Of a DNA stretch of 64,000 nt, positions 41,220 to 54,390 are shown in pieces (positions within the stretch are counted from its first letter, which is position 1; every line of letters begins with the position of its first letter). The DNA comes from Octopus vulgaris. Taxonomy: Eukaryota. A program made the position numbers and the translations under genes. A model generated the notes under the pieces. That model saw only the letters and a list, made by a program, of their open reading frames with translations, ran no database searches and was not told the origin of the DNA. The DNA is taken from assembly GCA_951406725.2 (NCBI GenBank), contig OX597815.1, forward strand, positions 44,578,001 to 44,642,000. Direction: 5' to 3'.

Positions 41220-41660
41220 TCATCCATCCATCTTCTCCACCCACTATTACTGGGAGGGTCTTGGATGGAGTGGGGTGGGGGATAAAGTCCTCTGACTTCT
41301 CTGCCATAGCGTCCTTTCAGAAGCAACCGACATTGTACTTTCGGGTTGATGCTCAAGCGTGACCAATTATGGATATTATCCAACCATCCCTTTCTTGGTC
41401 TACCCAAAGGCCTCCTGCCGGTTGGCTTGGCTTGAAGAACCCGTCTTGCGATTCTTTCCTGCGACATTCTCACTACATGTCCATAGTACTCGAACTGTGA
41501 CTTCTGAATGTGGAGAAGTAGCGGCTCGACATGAAGAGATTCCCTGATCTCCGAGCTGCACACTTTATCAAGTAACCTCACTCCAAAGACCTTTCAGAGG
41601 AATTCCATTTCTATTCACAATTGTACTCTTTCGAATATTACGCGGCATTTATGACCATAG
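41220..41660 (-). pseudogene. RTE (Expander-like) LINE 3' fragment
   Basis: LLDKVCSSEIRESLHVEPLLLHIQKSQFEYYGHVVRM..GRRPLGRPRKGWLD; (GATG)n tail. Confidence 0.8.
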
Positions 41661-42311
41661 GTACCTGACACGAATGAGACGACTATAAACTGTAATATAA
41701 AATGGGAAAATATAAATAAAATATCAAAATATAGAATATCCTGACATTTATGCAACATTTTTAAAATATGAGACATTTATGTAAGGAACATAAAAGTGCG
41801 TGATATTAATGAATGGTTTGCTACTCAGTTCATATAAGACAATCTGATATTATCAGATGCAAAAATATTGGTATATGAAACGAATGTTTCGAATGTAGAA
41901 CATGCGCATCAGGATATCTCTCTAAACATGAAACTTAGTTCAACTCCAATAAAGCACTGAGCATATAATATTCATAACTCTCAAAAGCAGTCCTTGGTAT
42001 ATAACAGCTGAAGACAATCTGATCAGCTTGCTATATGAAAAGATTATTTCGAATTTAGAACATGCGCATCAGAATGTTTATCTAAAAACAAACAAATTGA
42101 ATATATAATATTCTAAGAAAACAATATCCATTGAATTTCGAAACGATCATTGAAGTGAATATTGCACTAAACTATGAAATATGTCCGAGAACTTTAGAAG
42201 TCGAGTTATTTTTCCTGTTATTAGAACAAAGTGATAAAACCTTTGCAGCTCGAATAACATTTCGATTTGCGTAGGATTGAATAAGTTTGCGATTTACTTT
42301 AACAATACGTA

Positions 42312-42780
42312 CCGTAAATCCTCGAGTATAGTCCGCACTTGAGTATAATACGCAGGTAGCACCACTTCTCTAACTTGAGTCGTGCGTAATTAAGCCAGCA
42401 ACACCAAGTCGAACAAACACTTCCGCGCATGCGTAATACAATAATGGTGATGTTCTTAACTGTTATATGGGAATGTAAATATGTTTGCAAATTGTTTTTG
42501 TTGCATGTTATTCTGTGTTCTGAATACTTTTATTTTAATAAATGTTGCTTACTGCAAGTTATGGATGATTCTTTAATGACTTCATTGCTTTCAGGCGTAG
42601 CTTAAGGTATTTTCGCGCCTTACATCACAAAATGCGTCTGAATAAACATTGCCGGACAGCAATTAGAGACTCGGACATTGCTTAGAAAATATTTTTCATT
42701 TTTAACCTCGTATATAGCACGCACTAGGAATTTTGACCTTTAAATTTTGGGCAAAAAAATGCGGGTTATACTCGAGGACT
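42312..42780. mobile_element. pogo/Tc2-like MITE
   Basis: ta|ccgtaaatcctcgagtatagtccgca at left versus tgcgggttatactcgagga at right (inverted; right end clipped). Confidence 0.65.
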
Positions 42781-43237
42781 TCATTACCATTTGCCAGGGA
42801 TCAAATCTATACACTCGCACATAGGTCTATGTTTACATGCACACACGTACACACAGGCATACACTCATAAATACATACATATATACGCGCACATATATTT
42901 TTGAACCATTTAATCTCTGCCCATGTGTTTGTGTGTGTGTGTATATATGTATGTAAGTATGAATACACACAAGCATGCACACGCACACATACACACACGT
43001 ACAAACATACTGATTGCTTCATCTTCACAGATGTTTGCGGTCTCCTTGTGCTTCCTCGTTGTCAATGGCATTTCTGACTTTCCGTCCATGACTTTTCAGA
43101 TGACTATTCACTCCCGCTACATATCTGCATGGTTTTAAGTACAGGTGACAGATGAAAGGTGTAAGCTAGTGTGCGTTTCCAAAGAGAAACACGCACACAC
43201 ACACATACACATATGTATACATATAATACATATATAT

Positions 43238-43440
43238 CGCGTGTGTCGTTGGCGATTTTTTTTCCTTCGTCTTCCCTTCCTTGGATCTTTCCTTTTTCTA
43301 TGTTTCTGAGGAAGAGCTCCGCCCGAAACGTTAAATCCTCCTTCTTTCTTTCCTTTCCTGAGCGCCCAATAACACTATACATGTTCTCCGTCCTCGCGTT
43401 GTTGTGTTTTCTCATTGTGTTTTCATGTTTGGATTAACTA
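43238..43440 (+). mobile_element. Short hammerhead-bearing element (family H) between TA runs
   Basis: ttt-CTGAGGA-a-gagc-tcc-gccc-GAAAC-GTT-aaa at 43303-43335; downstream cctgagcg..gtcctc..gtt..ttaacta shared with 57431-57570. Confidence 0.65.
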
Positions 43441-43463
43441 TATATATATATATATATATATAT

Positions 43464-43573
43464 GGCCTGCTCGCTTAGCCAGCGGGATGGCGTCATTCGA
43501 AGGCTAAAACAATGCGAACGCATTGTGACCAGCGATGTGTAACAACATCTGATGGTCTGGTCGGTCACGTGAT

Positions 43574-43580
<7 letters not shown>
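43464..43580. repeat. Structured ~115-bp interspersed element in (TA)n
   Basis: Second copy at 44555-44657; hairpins acaatgcg/cgcattgt and gaccag/ctggtc. Confidence 0.7.
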
Positions 43581-43626
<46 letters not shown>

Positions 43627-43627
<1 letters not shown>

Positions 43628-43843
43628 GGGGGATGCTGAAAAGTTCCTGACTTTAAGGGTGTTTATGAAAAGCCTGGTTGGAGGCCCAAACTTCCAAATT
43701 CTTTTAAAGGGCTTAGTAAAACTGAAGGTTCGCTGCCATAACTGTGTGTATCTGAGAGAGGAATACGTTGAATAAATCCATAATTAACTGATGATCCTCC
43801 TGTATTTTCTCTTACCGAGCCAGAAACTTTACAGCACTCCCTT
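43627..43843. mobile_element. mariner-derived MITE
   Basis: ta|cgggggatgctgaaaagttcctgact ... agccagaaactttacagcactccc imperfect TIRs. Confidence 0.65.
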
Positions 43844-44077
43844 TTAATCATTAAATGAGCGGTCACTATGAAGGACTGAAATCTCAAATAAATCTTTACT
43901 CTACTAACACAATGAGTTCTCACTCTCTTAGAAGTTTTAATATGTAATGCAGTTTCATTATTATTCTCTTTCTCAGTTTCTTTCTCTTTCTTCTCTGTAT
44001 TACATACACATACACACACACATTTGCGGGAGTGTTCCTGTGTATGCCTATATGCATGTAGGTATATACATATACAG

Positions 44078-44109
<32 letters not shown>

Positions 44110-44169
44110 GTATATATATATAAATATATGTATATATACATAAACATATATATATTTATATGTGTACAT

Positions 44170-44210
<41 letters not shown>

Positions 44211-44554
44211 TGTGTGCCTTTTTGTGAGGAGTATGTGTGAATATGAAATGTAATGCAGGTTTTGTGCTTAAAACGTGGAATCTGTATAGCATTCCCGTCA
44301 TAATGTCAACGACATTACGTTTTCTTATTGCCGCTTCAGCAGTAATTGTAGATACAAAGCAAACCAGAGTATGATTCAGCAATTTTTCTTTCAGTAAATA
44401 AACCGCTTGTCAACATGGATTGAGATAATACAGACAAATCGATAGGTTAATGCACACAGACACACACACACGCATACACACACACACACACACATATGTA
44501 TGCATATAGATTCGTGTCTTTAAGAACGTCTGTATATATATATATATATATATA

Positions 44555-44657
44555 TGGCCTGTCCCCTTAGCCAGCGGGGTGGCGTCATTTGAAGGCTAAA
44601 ACAATGCGAAGCGCATTGTGACCAGCGATGTATAGCAACATCTGATAGCCTGGTCGT
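44555..44657. repeat. Second copy of the structured ~115-bp element
   Basis: Matches 43464-43563; flanked by (TA)n. Confidence 0.7.
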
Positions 44658-44687
44658 AAAATATATATATATATATATATATATATA

Positions 44688-45067
44688 CTAGCAGTATCGC
44701 CCGGCGTTGCTCAGGTTTGTAAGGGAAATAACTATAAAGCATTTTTAGAGAGTTATAGCCAAAAAATAGCAAAAAAATGGAAAAAAAATTGGTAAATTAT
44801 TTTGAGGATTAAAAAAGGTGGAGTTGCGTCCCCTAGACGGTCTGTGGTTTGGGTTTCAGATTCTCGACCCCATGTCGAATTTATCGATTTTTTTAGAACT
44901 GGGGGAACTTTTCAAAATTTTCGCTGCGTTAGTTTTGAATTATGACATTGGGCTATGTGTGTGTCAAGTTTCATCAGAATCGGTTGAAAGCCGTGGTCAG
45001 AGTGAGGGTACGAGAAAACAGACACACAGAAAACGCACAGACAAACTGCCGTTTATATATAGAGAGA
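44688..45067 (-). mobile_element. Non-autonomous Helitron, complete
   Basis: Minus strand 5' TC, 3' CTAG, subterminal GC-rich hairpin (cctgagcaacgccggg), inserted between A and T without TSD. Confidence 0.85.
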
Positions 45068-45306
45068 TATATATATATTATCATTTGGACTAATGGGTTA
45101 TATGTTGATTACTGTCTTGAAGTGTTTAGTAGACCACTGGCACAATTTGGGCTACCTTGTATCATCCGTAGTCAGAGTATATTACCTTTGGATCTACTTC
45201 AGGAACTTCGCAGTCTTAGTTGAGTTAATAATAATAATCAGTTCTTAAGTAACCAAATGATGGATTTGGTATTAATCATTATTCTGTACAATTGCCGTTT
45301 CAGCCC

Positions 45307-45378
<72 letters not shown>

Positions 45379-45379
45379 T

Positions 45380-45697
45380 ATGGTGGTGACCCCCTTCGGT
45401 CAGACACTGACCATGGGTTTCACCATTAGAGAGTTACCCTCTGAGGCACAAGGCTCTGTTGTTTTTTTTTTCCAGCAGTCGCCCATGCATACCAGCCTCC
45501 ACTCTCCACGTCACCGATGTTGTCCAAGGGAAAGGTAAGTGCCGATACAGCTCTGGCACCAGTGATGTCCCAACTCATTTCTACAGCTGAGTGAACTGGA
45601 GCAACGTGAAATAAAGTGTCTTGCTCGTTAAACACAACACGCAGCCCGGTTCGGGATTCGAGCTCACAACCTCACGATCGTAAGCGACGCTCTAACC
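45380..45697 (-). mobile_element. SINE family C
   Basis: Matches 62227-62560. Confidence 0.75.
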
Positions 45698-45756
45698 TGT
45701 ACTTGAATCTCGTGTTTTTACGTATCTTTTACTCGTTGGTATATATATATAATATA

Positions 45757-45842
<86 letters not shown>

Positions 45843-46409
45843 GTACACTCACATTTATGTATGTATGAATATGTGCGTGCAGATATGTAAGTGTGTGTGT
45901 GTGTGAATGTATGTATGTATGTGTGTACATGTGTGTATTTGTTCGCTCCTCGTTTTCATTAATTCCTTTTCCTCGTTTGTAGTTACTTGTTTATGTTGGT
46001 ACCTGCCATGGCTGGGCAAAACCAATTTCTGCTTGAAGCAAGTTTCCACAGAAGTCACATACGATCATTGGTGGAGGCCTCAGCTGAATTTGTCAAATCT
46101 TTCGTCGTTATCCTCTTCATTTCTTCGAGAGTTGTGTTTCAAAATATCGACGCCGGTCTTGAGGATGTTATGCCAAGTTGTTCTGTCTTCTATTTTTTGC
46201 CCCCAGGGTCGATGTTTGTGCTCTTTATCATGCTTTAATTGGTCTTCGTTGCGTCGCATGGCGCAACCACATAATTTCCAGCCGTCGTTGTGTTCGACGT
46301 AGAAGATTTGGAGTGGCAGTCAGGTGTTATGCATGTAGTGGACATGTAGTGGACGATAATGGCCTCAAGACTGTTAGATTTGGCTTGTTCGAGGAGATTC
46401 AGATTTAGC

Positions 46410-46593
46410 ACAAGACCTTCAAGTACAGAGGACCGCATCGATCCCAGTTCTCGACTGGTTCTCATTTTATCGACCTCGAACCGATGAAAGATAAAATAGA
46501 CTTCGGTGGAATTTGAACACAAAACGTGGAGACGGGCGAATTACCGCTAAGCATTTTGCCAGGCATGCCAACGATTCTGTCAGCTCACAGCCT
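46410..46593 (-). mobile_element. SINE family A diverged copy
   Basis: Core and head recognisable. Confidence 0.7.
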
Positions 46594-46619
46594 TCCTCTT
46601 ATTTAATATTCATAACTTA

Positions 46620-47110
46620 TCGAAATTTCTGTTGATAAAATCGTTCTAGTTTTCAGATGTTCTGATGGTACAAAATCCACGTCTCACAATCTTAGAGTGA
46701 GTTGGAAACAATCATGGCTTGATGCAGCATCAGCTTGGCTTGTAGATTCAAGTTCTTGCTTCCGAAAACACAAAGAATTTTCCAAAAGTGACATAGTAAG
46801 CTCGGATCCTGTTTTCGATGTTCTTTACAGAGTTACACCATACGGAGAGGATGCTTCAAAAGTATGGGAACCTGTATACTTGTTAGAATGTTGATGTTGA
46901 AATCTGGAAGGATTGAGTTTCGAGTAGGTTGCATATGTATTCTGGTGCTGTGTATGATGGTTGTCTGACTGAAAAGTTGTTTATCAATTCCTGTATGTCT
47001 TGGGGGGAATACACTGATGAGGCGTTGTTATCGGCGTACAGCAGTTCGATGGCACGAATGTTATTCTTCAATCTTTGTGATCGAAGTCTGTACAGATCAC
47101 AGAGTACCCG
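46620..47110 (-). pseudogene. RTE-like RT fragment, heavily decayed
   Basis: IRAIELLYADNNA..SPQDIQELINNFS corresponds to the ELLYADD region of RTE RT. Confidence 0.6.
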
Positions 47111-48009
47111 AAGCGGTAGTTGATTCCTTAACTATGGTCAGGTGAAATTTCGTGAAATATGGCTTCAAGGTACAGGGAGTACAGAGTTGCAGCGAATACT
47201 CATCTGTGCTTTAAGATGTTGCTGGTCAGGAAATCTGGCTTGACGAGTCACCCATCTGGTTATTCCATTGTGGATAAGTGCCGCAAAACAATAAGGGTAA
47301 CCAAAACGCTTCAGAGCCATTCATATTGCAAAGCTGCGTGAATGGCCCTGGATAGAGGAAAACTAAGTTCTGTAGATTGACTGCTTCTACCAATTTAGAC
47401 GCGAACATTATTTGAGGGTATTTCTCAATGCTGATGCAAGTCAGAGGTAAAACTAGCATATTAATTAGTAATCATTTGAGTCACACAGGGTTTCTTGTTT
47501 CTTCTTTGTCATTAGCCATCTCAGAGACCCTAAAGGGGTCTTTTCAAATAAATAATTGAGAGAACAAGAGAGAGAGAGATAAATAAATAAATAGATAGAT
47601 AGATATATAGATAGATAGAGAGAGAGAGAGGAAGAGAGAGGACAAGAGACTGAAATTTTCTTTGTCTTATATATGTACTCCATAAACCAGAATTCATCAT
47701 TTGAAGCGTCTTAACCTCTTCATTTGTAGTTACATGCATTTCTTGGAGAAGAATGTGAACGATAAGAAAACATTTATTTTCTCATAATTTAAGCATTTGT
47801 CCTCATCCTGTCAAATTATGAACATGAGTCAGTAATTATCTACAATGCACTTAAAATTTTTTCCCGTTGAGCAGGAAAATTAACTGTGAGTGTATCAATA
47901 AGCTTAAAATTCTACATTACTATAATGCAATTTTTAGTATGAACTGCATAACCAGGAACACTCCCCTATGTTTGTCCCATAGCAGGGCAGCGGTTACTGA
48001 TCCATTTTC

Positions 48010-48355
48010 AGTATGCTTAAATTGCGTCTGTAGCCGAAATTCATCGAAAGCATTCAGCACAGTATATGAGCAGTGTTCGATACTAAGACGTGTCTATGAA
48101 TGGATGGAAATTTCCTTTTGCAGTTGCACGTACAAATGGCTACGAATCAAGAAGGAACCAGATACGTGATCACGTATTGTAGAGATTACAGCGAATAAAT
48201 CCATGACAAGGTTCCTTTGAACAGTTGCAAATATGCAAAATATCCACGTAAAATCACTCATGATCTAGAGCATCCACAACATTTTCTTTTCTTTATTTTT
48301 GCATCAGAGACCGTCACAATGAGTAGAAGCTGAACACGGCTGGTGATGAAAACTA
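48010..48355 (+). pseudogene. mariner transposase N-terminal remnant
   Basis: VAEIHRKHSAQY..EQCSILRRVYEWMEI resembles the mariner HTH; TAGDEN resembles the first catalytic TGDE motif. Confidence 0.5.
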
Positions 48356-49514
48356 ATGTTTCCAATCACAGGAAAAATTAAACGTTCATTGGGGTTAATT
48401 AATGCCTCACCACCGTATATTTGTCTTCCTCTGTCTCATTGCTCTTTTTCTTGTTTACATTACTGTGATGTGTGTGTGTGTGTGTGTGTGTGTCTGCTGT
48501 ATGTCTGGTGTGTGTGTGAGTGTGTGTGTTTGGTGTGTGTTTGTCTGGTGTGTATGTGAGTGTGTGTATGTGTGTGTGTAGTGTGTGCGTATATGTGTGT
48601 GTGTGAATGTATTGACCTGACAATCGGATGCTGTAATACTTCGCTGGCCACAATACAATTCCTCGCGTTGTTTTAGCATTCGAATAAATGCCACCCCACA
48701 ACCTAGGTGGAAAAGCCGACATTCTTTGTAAATGAAGCGTCAGTCAGTTGTGGGGTTACCCATTTATAATTGAGTGAACCGGAGCAATGTGAAATGAAGG
48801 GTTTTGTTCAAGAACATGACACACCGCTGTTCTGGGAATCGAAACCACAATCTTTTGACCAATACTAGGTCACATGCCTTTACACACATATACACATACA
48901 CACATACACTTACATATATACATACATACGGGCATACACACACACACAGAGTGACTCGTACTAATAAGTAAGCACTCTGAGTGCTCAAATTATGCCACAA
49001 AAATTCCGGTTTGAACTGCACTTGAACATGTGATTTTGTGTCTACTTTTCTAAAGCAGCCAGAAGTGGCTTCTCCTTGTGTTGGTAGGTATAGATTAAAG
49101 CGGAAATGAAAAGGCAAATGATTTGGCAAGACTTGACAAGGACATATAATTTAGCTATACAATAAATGTAGCTAATTAATAAAAGGATAGTCTCTGACAA
49201 CTGTTTCTACAATATTCCACCGATTGGAACATCGTGTGGAATGAGGATTCCATAGGCCAAGTATCTTGTCATCAGAGAGAGATAAGTTAAACATATGTAA
49301 GAGTGGAAGAATATTCCTCGTCAATGATATCATTGTGGGTCATTTTGTGTATAAAGGGGGGAGAAGTTCAGTTAAAAATCCAATAAAATAGGTAATCATT
49401 AGGTAAATCCATAAACAAATTAAGAAAATCGGTAATGTCTTTTTGTAGGATCAAAATAGAAGGACTGGTTTGATAGTAATTCATGGCGTGACAACTGCTT
49501 ACATTGTATCATGA

Positions 49515-51365
49515 TAATCATTGTTTAACGCCCGCTTTCCATGCTGGCATGGGTTGGATGATTTAACTGAGGACTGACGAACCAGATGGCTGCACCAGGC
49601 TCCAATCTGATCTGGCAGAGTTTCTACAACTGGATGCCCTTCCTAACGCCAACCATTCCGAGGGTGTAGTGGGTGCTTTTACGTGCCACCGGCACGAGGG
49701 CCAGTCAGGCGGTACTGGCAACAGCCATGCTCAAATGGTGTTTTTTACGTGCCACCTGCACAGGAGTACAGGCACTGGCAACGATCTCACTCGAATATTT
49801 TTTCACGTGCCACCGGCATAAGTACCAGTAAGGCGACGCTGGTAACGATCACCCTCGAATGGTGCTTTTTACATACCACCGGCACGTAAGCCAGTTAGCT
49901 GCTCTGGCAACGATCACGCTCGGATGGTGCTCTTAGCGCTCCACTAGCACGGATGCCAATCATCGAATTTGATTTCGATTTCGAATTCAGTTGCCTCAAC
50001 AGGTCATCGCAAGCATAGTTTAGTGTCCAATGAAAGAAAGGTACGCATAAGTGGGCTGGTTACACCCCTGGCATAGACCACGGGTTATGGTCTCACTTGG
50101 CTAGCCGGGTCTTCTCAAGCACAGCATATTTCCAAAGGTCTCGATCACTAGTCATTGCCTCGGTGAGGACTAATGTTCGAAGGTCGTGCTTCACCACTTC
50201 ATCCCAGATCTTCCTGGATCTACCTCTTCCACAGGTTCCCTCAGCCGCTAGGGTGTGGCACTTTTTCACACAGCTATCCTCATCCATTCTCGCCATATGA
50301 CCATACCAGCGCAGTCGTCACTCTTGCACACCACATCTGATGCTTCTTAGGTCCAACTTTTCTCTCAAGGTACTTACACACTGTCGAGTAAGTACACTGA
50401 CATTACACATCCAGCGGAGCATACTGGCTTCATTCCTTGCAAGCTTACGCATGTCCTCAGCCGTCACGGTTCATGTTTCGCTGCCTTATAGCATGGCTGT
50501 TCGTACACATGCGTCATACAGTCTACCTTTTATTGTGAGCGAGAGGCCCTTTGTCACCAGCAGAGGTAAGAGCTCTCCGAACTTTGCCCAGGCTATTCTT
50601 ATTCTAGCAGCTACACTTTCAGTGCACACCCCCCTACTGACTTGGTCCCCTAGGTAACGGAAGCTATCAACTACTACTTTTTCTCCCTGGAATGTGGCAG
50701 AAGTTGTTCTCTGCACATTTTCAGTGTTTATTGCTCCTGAGCATCTGCCACATACAAAAACTATCTTCCCAGTTAGCCTTCCTTTGATATTGCTGCACCA
50801 CCTATGTGTCCATAGCTTACACTGGGTACATCTTGTAGAGTTTCTACCTATGCCTTTTCTGCAGATCGAGCAGGGCCGTCTACCTTAAGGGATTTGTGAT
50901 TTATCTGCCTTCCTACTTATTAGGACTTTGGTTTTAGCTAGGTTGAATCTAAGGCTTTCGATTATAATCCTTGCTTCCATACCTGAAACCTCTAGTTCTG
51001 ATAGTGACTCAGCAATTAGAGCGAGGTCATCAGCATAGAGGAGCTCCCAGGGGCATCCTGTCTTGAATTCCTCTGTTATTGCCTGGAGAACTATGATAAA
51101 TAGGAGGGGGCTAAGGACTGAACCTTGGTGGAACCTACCCCTACCCGGAATTCTTCACTGCACTCGTTGCCAACCCTCACCTTATTGACAGCGTCCCTGT
51201 ACATTGCTCGCACAGCTCTCTCTAACCCTTCATCTATCCCTAGTTTCGTCATTGATCACCAGATAAGGGATCGGGGGAACCTGTGAAAGGTTTTCTCCAT
51301 GTCAACGAAAGCCAAGTACAGAGGTTTATCTTTGGCTAGGTGTTTCTCCTGCAGCTGTCTTATCA
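49515..51365 (-). pseudogene. RTE-clade LINE, 5'-truncated (RT with PHD-like insert, C-terminus, 3' UTR)
   Basis: RQLQEKHLAKDKPLYLAFVDMEK, WELLYADDLALIAES, FRYLGD, KGRLYDACVRTAML, WYGHMARM, GRGRSRKIWDEVVKHDL; 3' UTR with tggatgcccttcct motif and internal gtgccacc repeats. Confidence 0.9.
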
Positions 51366-51569
51366 GAAATATAGAACACGACTCACCGCCCAGTTCAGGA
51401 ATCGAAACCACGATTTCGTGGCCGTGAATGCAACATCCTGACCATTAGGACACATGCTCGGACATATACATATATACATCCTTACGCGCGTGCGTGTGTG
51501 TGTGTGTGTGTGTGTGTCTGTATGTGTGTGTCTGTGTGTGATAAGATATGAAAACTTATGCATCATTAT

Positions 51570-52660
51570 AAAAGCTTAGCGTGTCTTCTTTTTGTTTCAG
51601 ACTAAATAAATTCAGATTTATAAACTAGATAATGGCTATAGATCGAAATACATTCATAACCATCCACAAAGGAAGCGAAAGTAATACAATTATAGCAAAT
51701 AGCTTAAAATTAACCGAACAGCAGTCTGGAAAATTGTCAAGAAATCTCAAAAGACTGGTTCCACCGCCGATCGATCTGGACTTGACCGAAAAAGAAATGT
51801 TACGGCGAAATCCTCGTCGTTTCGTCACAAAACTAGCTGCCACAGCAAAAATAAGCCGAACATCGACGTATCGAGTGCTGAAAGACGATCTCAGGACGCA
51901 CCTCTACATGATGATCTGCCGTCATGAGCTCAAGCAAGTTTATAAAGCCAGGAGACCAGAGAGAAGTTGTCATATCCTGCGTCAGATTACTGAAGGCACA
52001 CTGCTCAACCTGGTGTTCCCTGATGAAAAGAAATTTGAGATCGAACAGAGAGTAAACCACCAGAATGACCGGCTTTAGAGTGTATCTGGCTCCATTGAGG
52101 GTAGACTGGTAAATCAACGTCAAAATCTACAGCCAGTTTGGTCGGCTTGCTGTCACAGCCACTGGAAGGTTTTCCTTTGTTTTTGAGCCCTCGGGTGTTA
52201 AAATTAACACTCAGCAATACATTAGCGACATTCTGGAAGCTGAACATGGGCGAATGAGCACTTTCAGGGTGCACCTTGAAGCCTCCAACAGGACTTGACA
52301 CCCTCTCACAGCTCCAAACAGACAAGAAAAAAATTCTATCGTTTATAAGTATGGTCCTCAAGAAGCCCTGATCTCAACCCGATGGATTTTTCTGCTTAGT
52401 CCTTTCTGGAGAAGAGGGTTTCAAGCACTCGTCATACTTCGCTCGAATCTCTGAAGGCAAAACTGCGCCAGAAATGGGCAAGAACAGCTATGTGCCGCAT
52501 GTGAAGCATTCGCACCTAGACTTAAGGCTGTGATTCGAAACAGAGGTGGTCATATAGAATAAATGTGATAGTATCATAATTGTTTTCCCTTTACCATTGC
52601 ATTGCAATGAACGGACCCGAAATATAACAATATTGGTTGCCTTAATTTTGTGACACCCTG
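51570..52660 (+). mobile_element. Tc1/mariner (maT-like) transposon, decayed; right TIR present
   Basis: RRNPRR..KLA...ISRTSTYRVLKDDL, LVFPDEKKFEIEQRVNHQNDR, SPDLNPMDF; end ggttgccttaattttgtgacaccctg|TA. Confidence 0.85.
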
Positions 52661-52683
52661 TATATGTATTTGTGTGCAATATA

Positions 52684-53897
52684 TACGAGAGTTGATGATA
52701 ACTTTATAGGCTCTCTATGAAGGAGTGACGCCAGAGTTGTGAAATCTTGCATACATCAATTTCAGCCCTTCTTATTTATAACTACATTGTTCCATTCCAG
52801 ATAAACCGAAATCTGATTGTTCAAAGAAGACTTCAAAAGTAACTGGTAGCAACTTCTCTTGAAAATGGACGAAGTTGAGCATCATAGTGTTACGAAGTAC
52901 CTCCAGAAAAAGGTGTTAGTTCTGAAGTACGTTTATGCGGACATAGTTAATACATTAGGGAATAAATTTAAGTGGGAGAAGGAGAGTCTTGAAGATGACC
53001 CAAAGTCTTGACGTCCTGCAGCTGCCACCACGGAGAAAGGCATTGATTGTGTACAATATATGCTGATGGATGACAGGCGATTGACTATAAATCAAACAGC
53101 CATTGGTATTAGTCTATCCCGTGAGAGAGTTGAGAATATTCTGCACAATGAAACTTGGCATGACGAAGGTTTCAGCTTGGTGGGTGTTCATCTCACACCT
53201 CATCAAAAGCGCACCAGGTTGATCACATCACGGAAAAATCTAACATTGTTTTGAAGTTGACCATCTGGTTTCCTTGAACGTTTCCTAACCTAAAATGAGT
53301 GTTGGATCGATCATGTTGAGCCAGAGACAAAGAAGCAATCTATGCAGTGGAAATACACCCGTTCACTTGCTCCAAAGGAGGCCAAAGTTGTTTCATCTGC
53401 CGGGAAGGTAGTGGCTTCAGATCTTTTGGGGGGATGCACAAGACATTGTTTGTTGACTATCTTCAAAAGGGCCACACCACCAACAGAGAATAGTATGCCA
53501 ACTTGCTGAGGCAATTACGAAAGACTATCAAGACCAAACGCCCAAGGAAACTGAAGAATTGAGACTTGTTTGATCAGGACAATCCTCCAGCACACAAGTC
53601 CTTGGTTTCAATGGCTGCAATGCGTGACTGTGGTTTTGAACTGGTTGATCACCCTCGCTATTCTCCTTTTTATGTCCCATCTGATTGATTTGGCCTCACC
53701 ATCTGATTAAGCCCTATCATCTGATCCCCAGCATTTGGCCCCATCATTCGGCATCATCATCTGTTGTTCCCCAACATGAAAAAATTCTTGTCTAGGAACC
53801 AATATCGCAGTGATGACGTCATATCTACTGTTAATCGAAGCACTACAACACCGATGGAAGAAATGTGGATGCACAGTAAGGAGGACTATGTTGAAAA

Positions 53898-53898
<1 letters not shown>
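52684..53898 (+). mobile_element. mariner (DD34D-type) transposon, decayed transposase
   Basis: SLEDDPKS*RP, DRRLTI, EPETKKQSMQW, SAGKVVAS, DYLQKGHT, QDNPPAHKS, HPRYSP, LFPNMKK, DYVEK; many frameshifts. Confidence 0.9.
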
Positions 53899-53951
<53 letters not shown>

Positions 53952-53954
53952 GCG

Positions 53955-53994
<40 letters not shown>

Positions 53995-54159
53995 TGTGTG
54001 AGTGTGTATGTGCGTGTGTGTGTTGGCTGTTCATAAGTCAAAAAAAGAAAGACCACAATCTAAAATCTTTTTGAGCAGTAATATTTTATGTAGTCGTTGG
54101 TTATGGCCAGTCAGAAAGTAACCATTAGGTTCACATCTATTAATGATTTTAGCAATATA

Positions 54160-54390
54160 TATTTCTTTACTACCCACAAGGGGCTAAACACAGAGGGGAC
54201 AAACAAGGACAGAAAAATGGATTAAGTCGATTACATCGACCCCAGTGCGTAACTGGTACTTAATTTATCGACCCCGAAAGGATGAAAGGCAAAGTCGACC
54301 TCGGCGGAATTTGAACTCGGAACGCAACGACAGACGAAATACGGCTACGAATTTCGCCCGGCATGCTAACGTTTCTGCCAGCTCGCCACT
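54160..54390 (-). mobile_element. SINE family A, full length with 13-bp TSD
   Basis: ttttagcaatata at 54147-54159 and 54391-54403. Confidence 0.9.

Noticed and set aside
41835-42090. Diverged duplication (aagacaatctgat...tagaacatgcgcatcag)
   Set aside because: Simple two-copy local duplication without further structure.
49680-49930. Spaced repeats (acgtgccacc..., ggcaacgatc) superficially CRISPR-like
   Set aside because: Degenerate tandem repeats inside an RTE 3' UTR; eukaryotic context and no cas genes.
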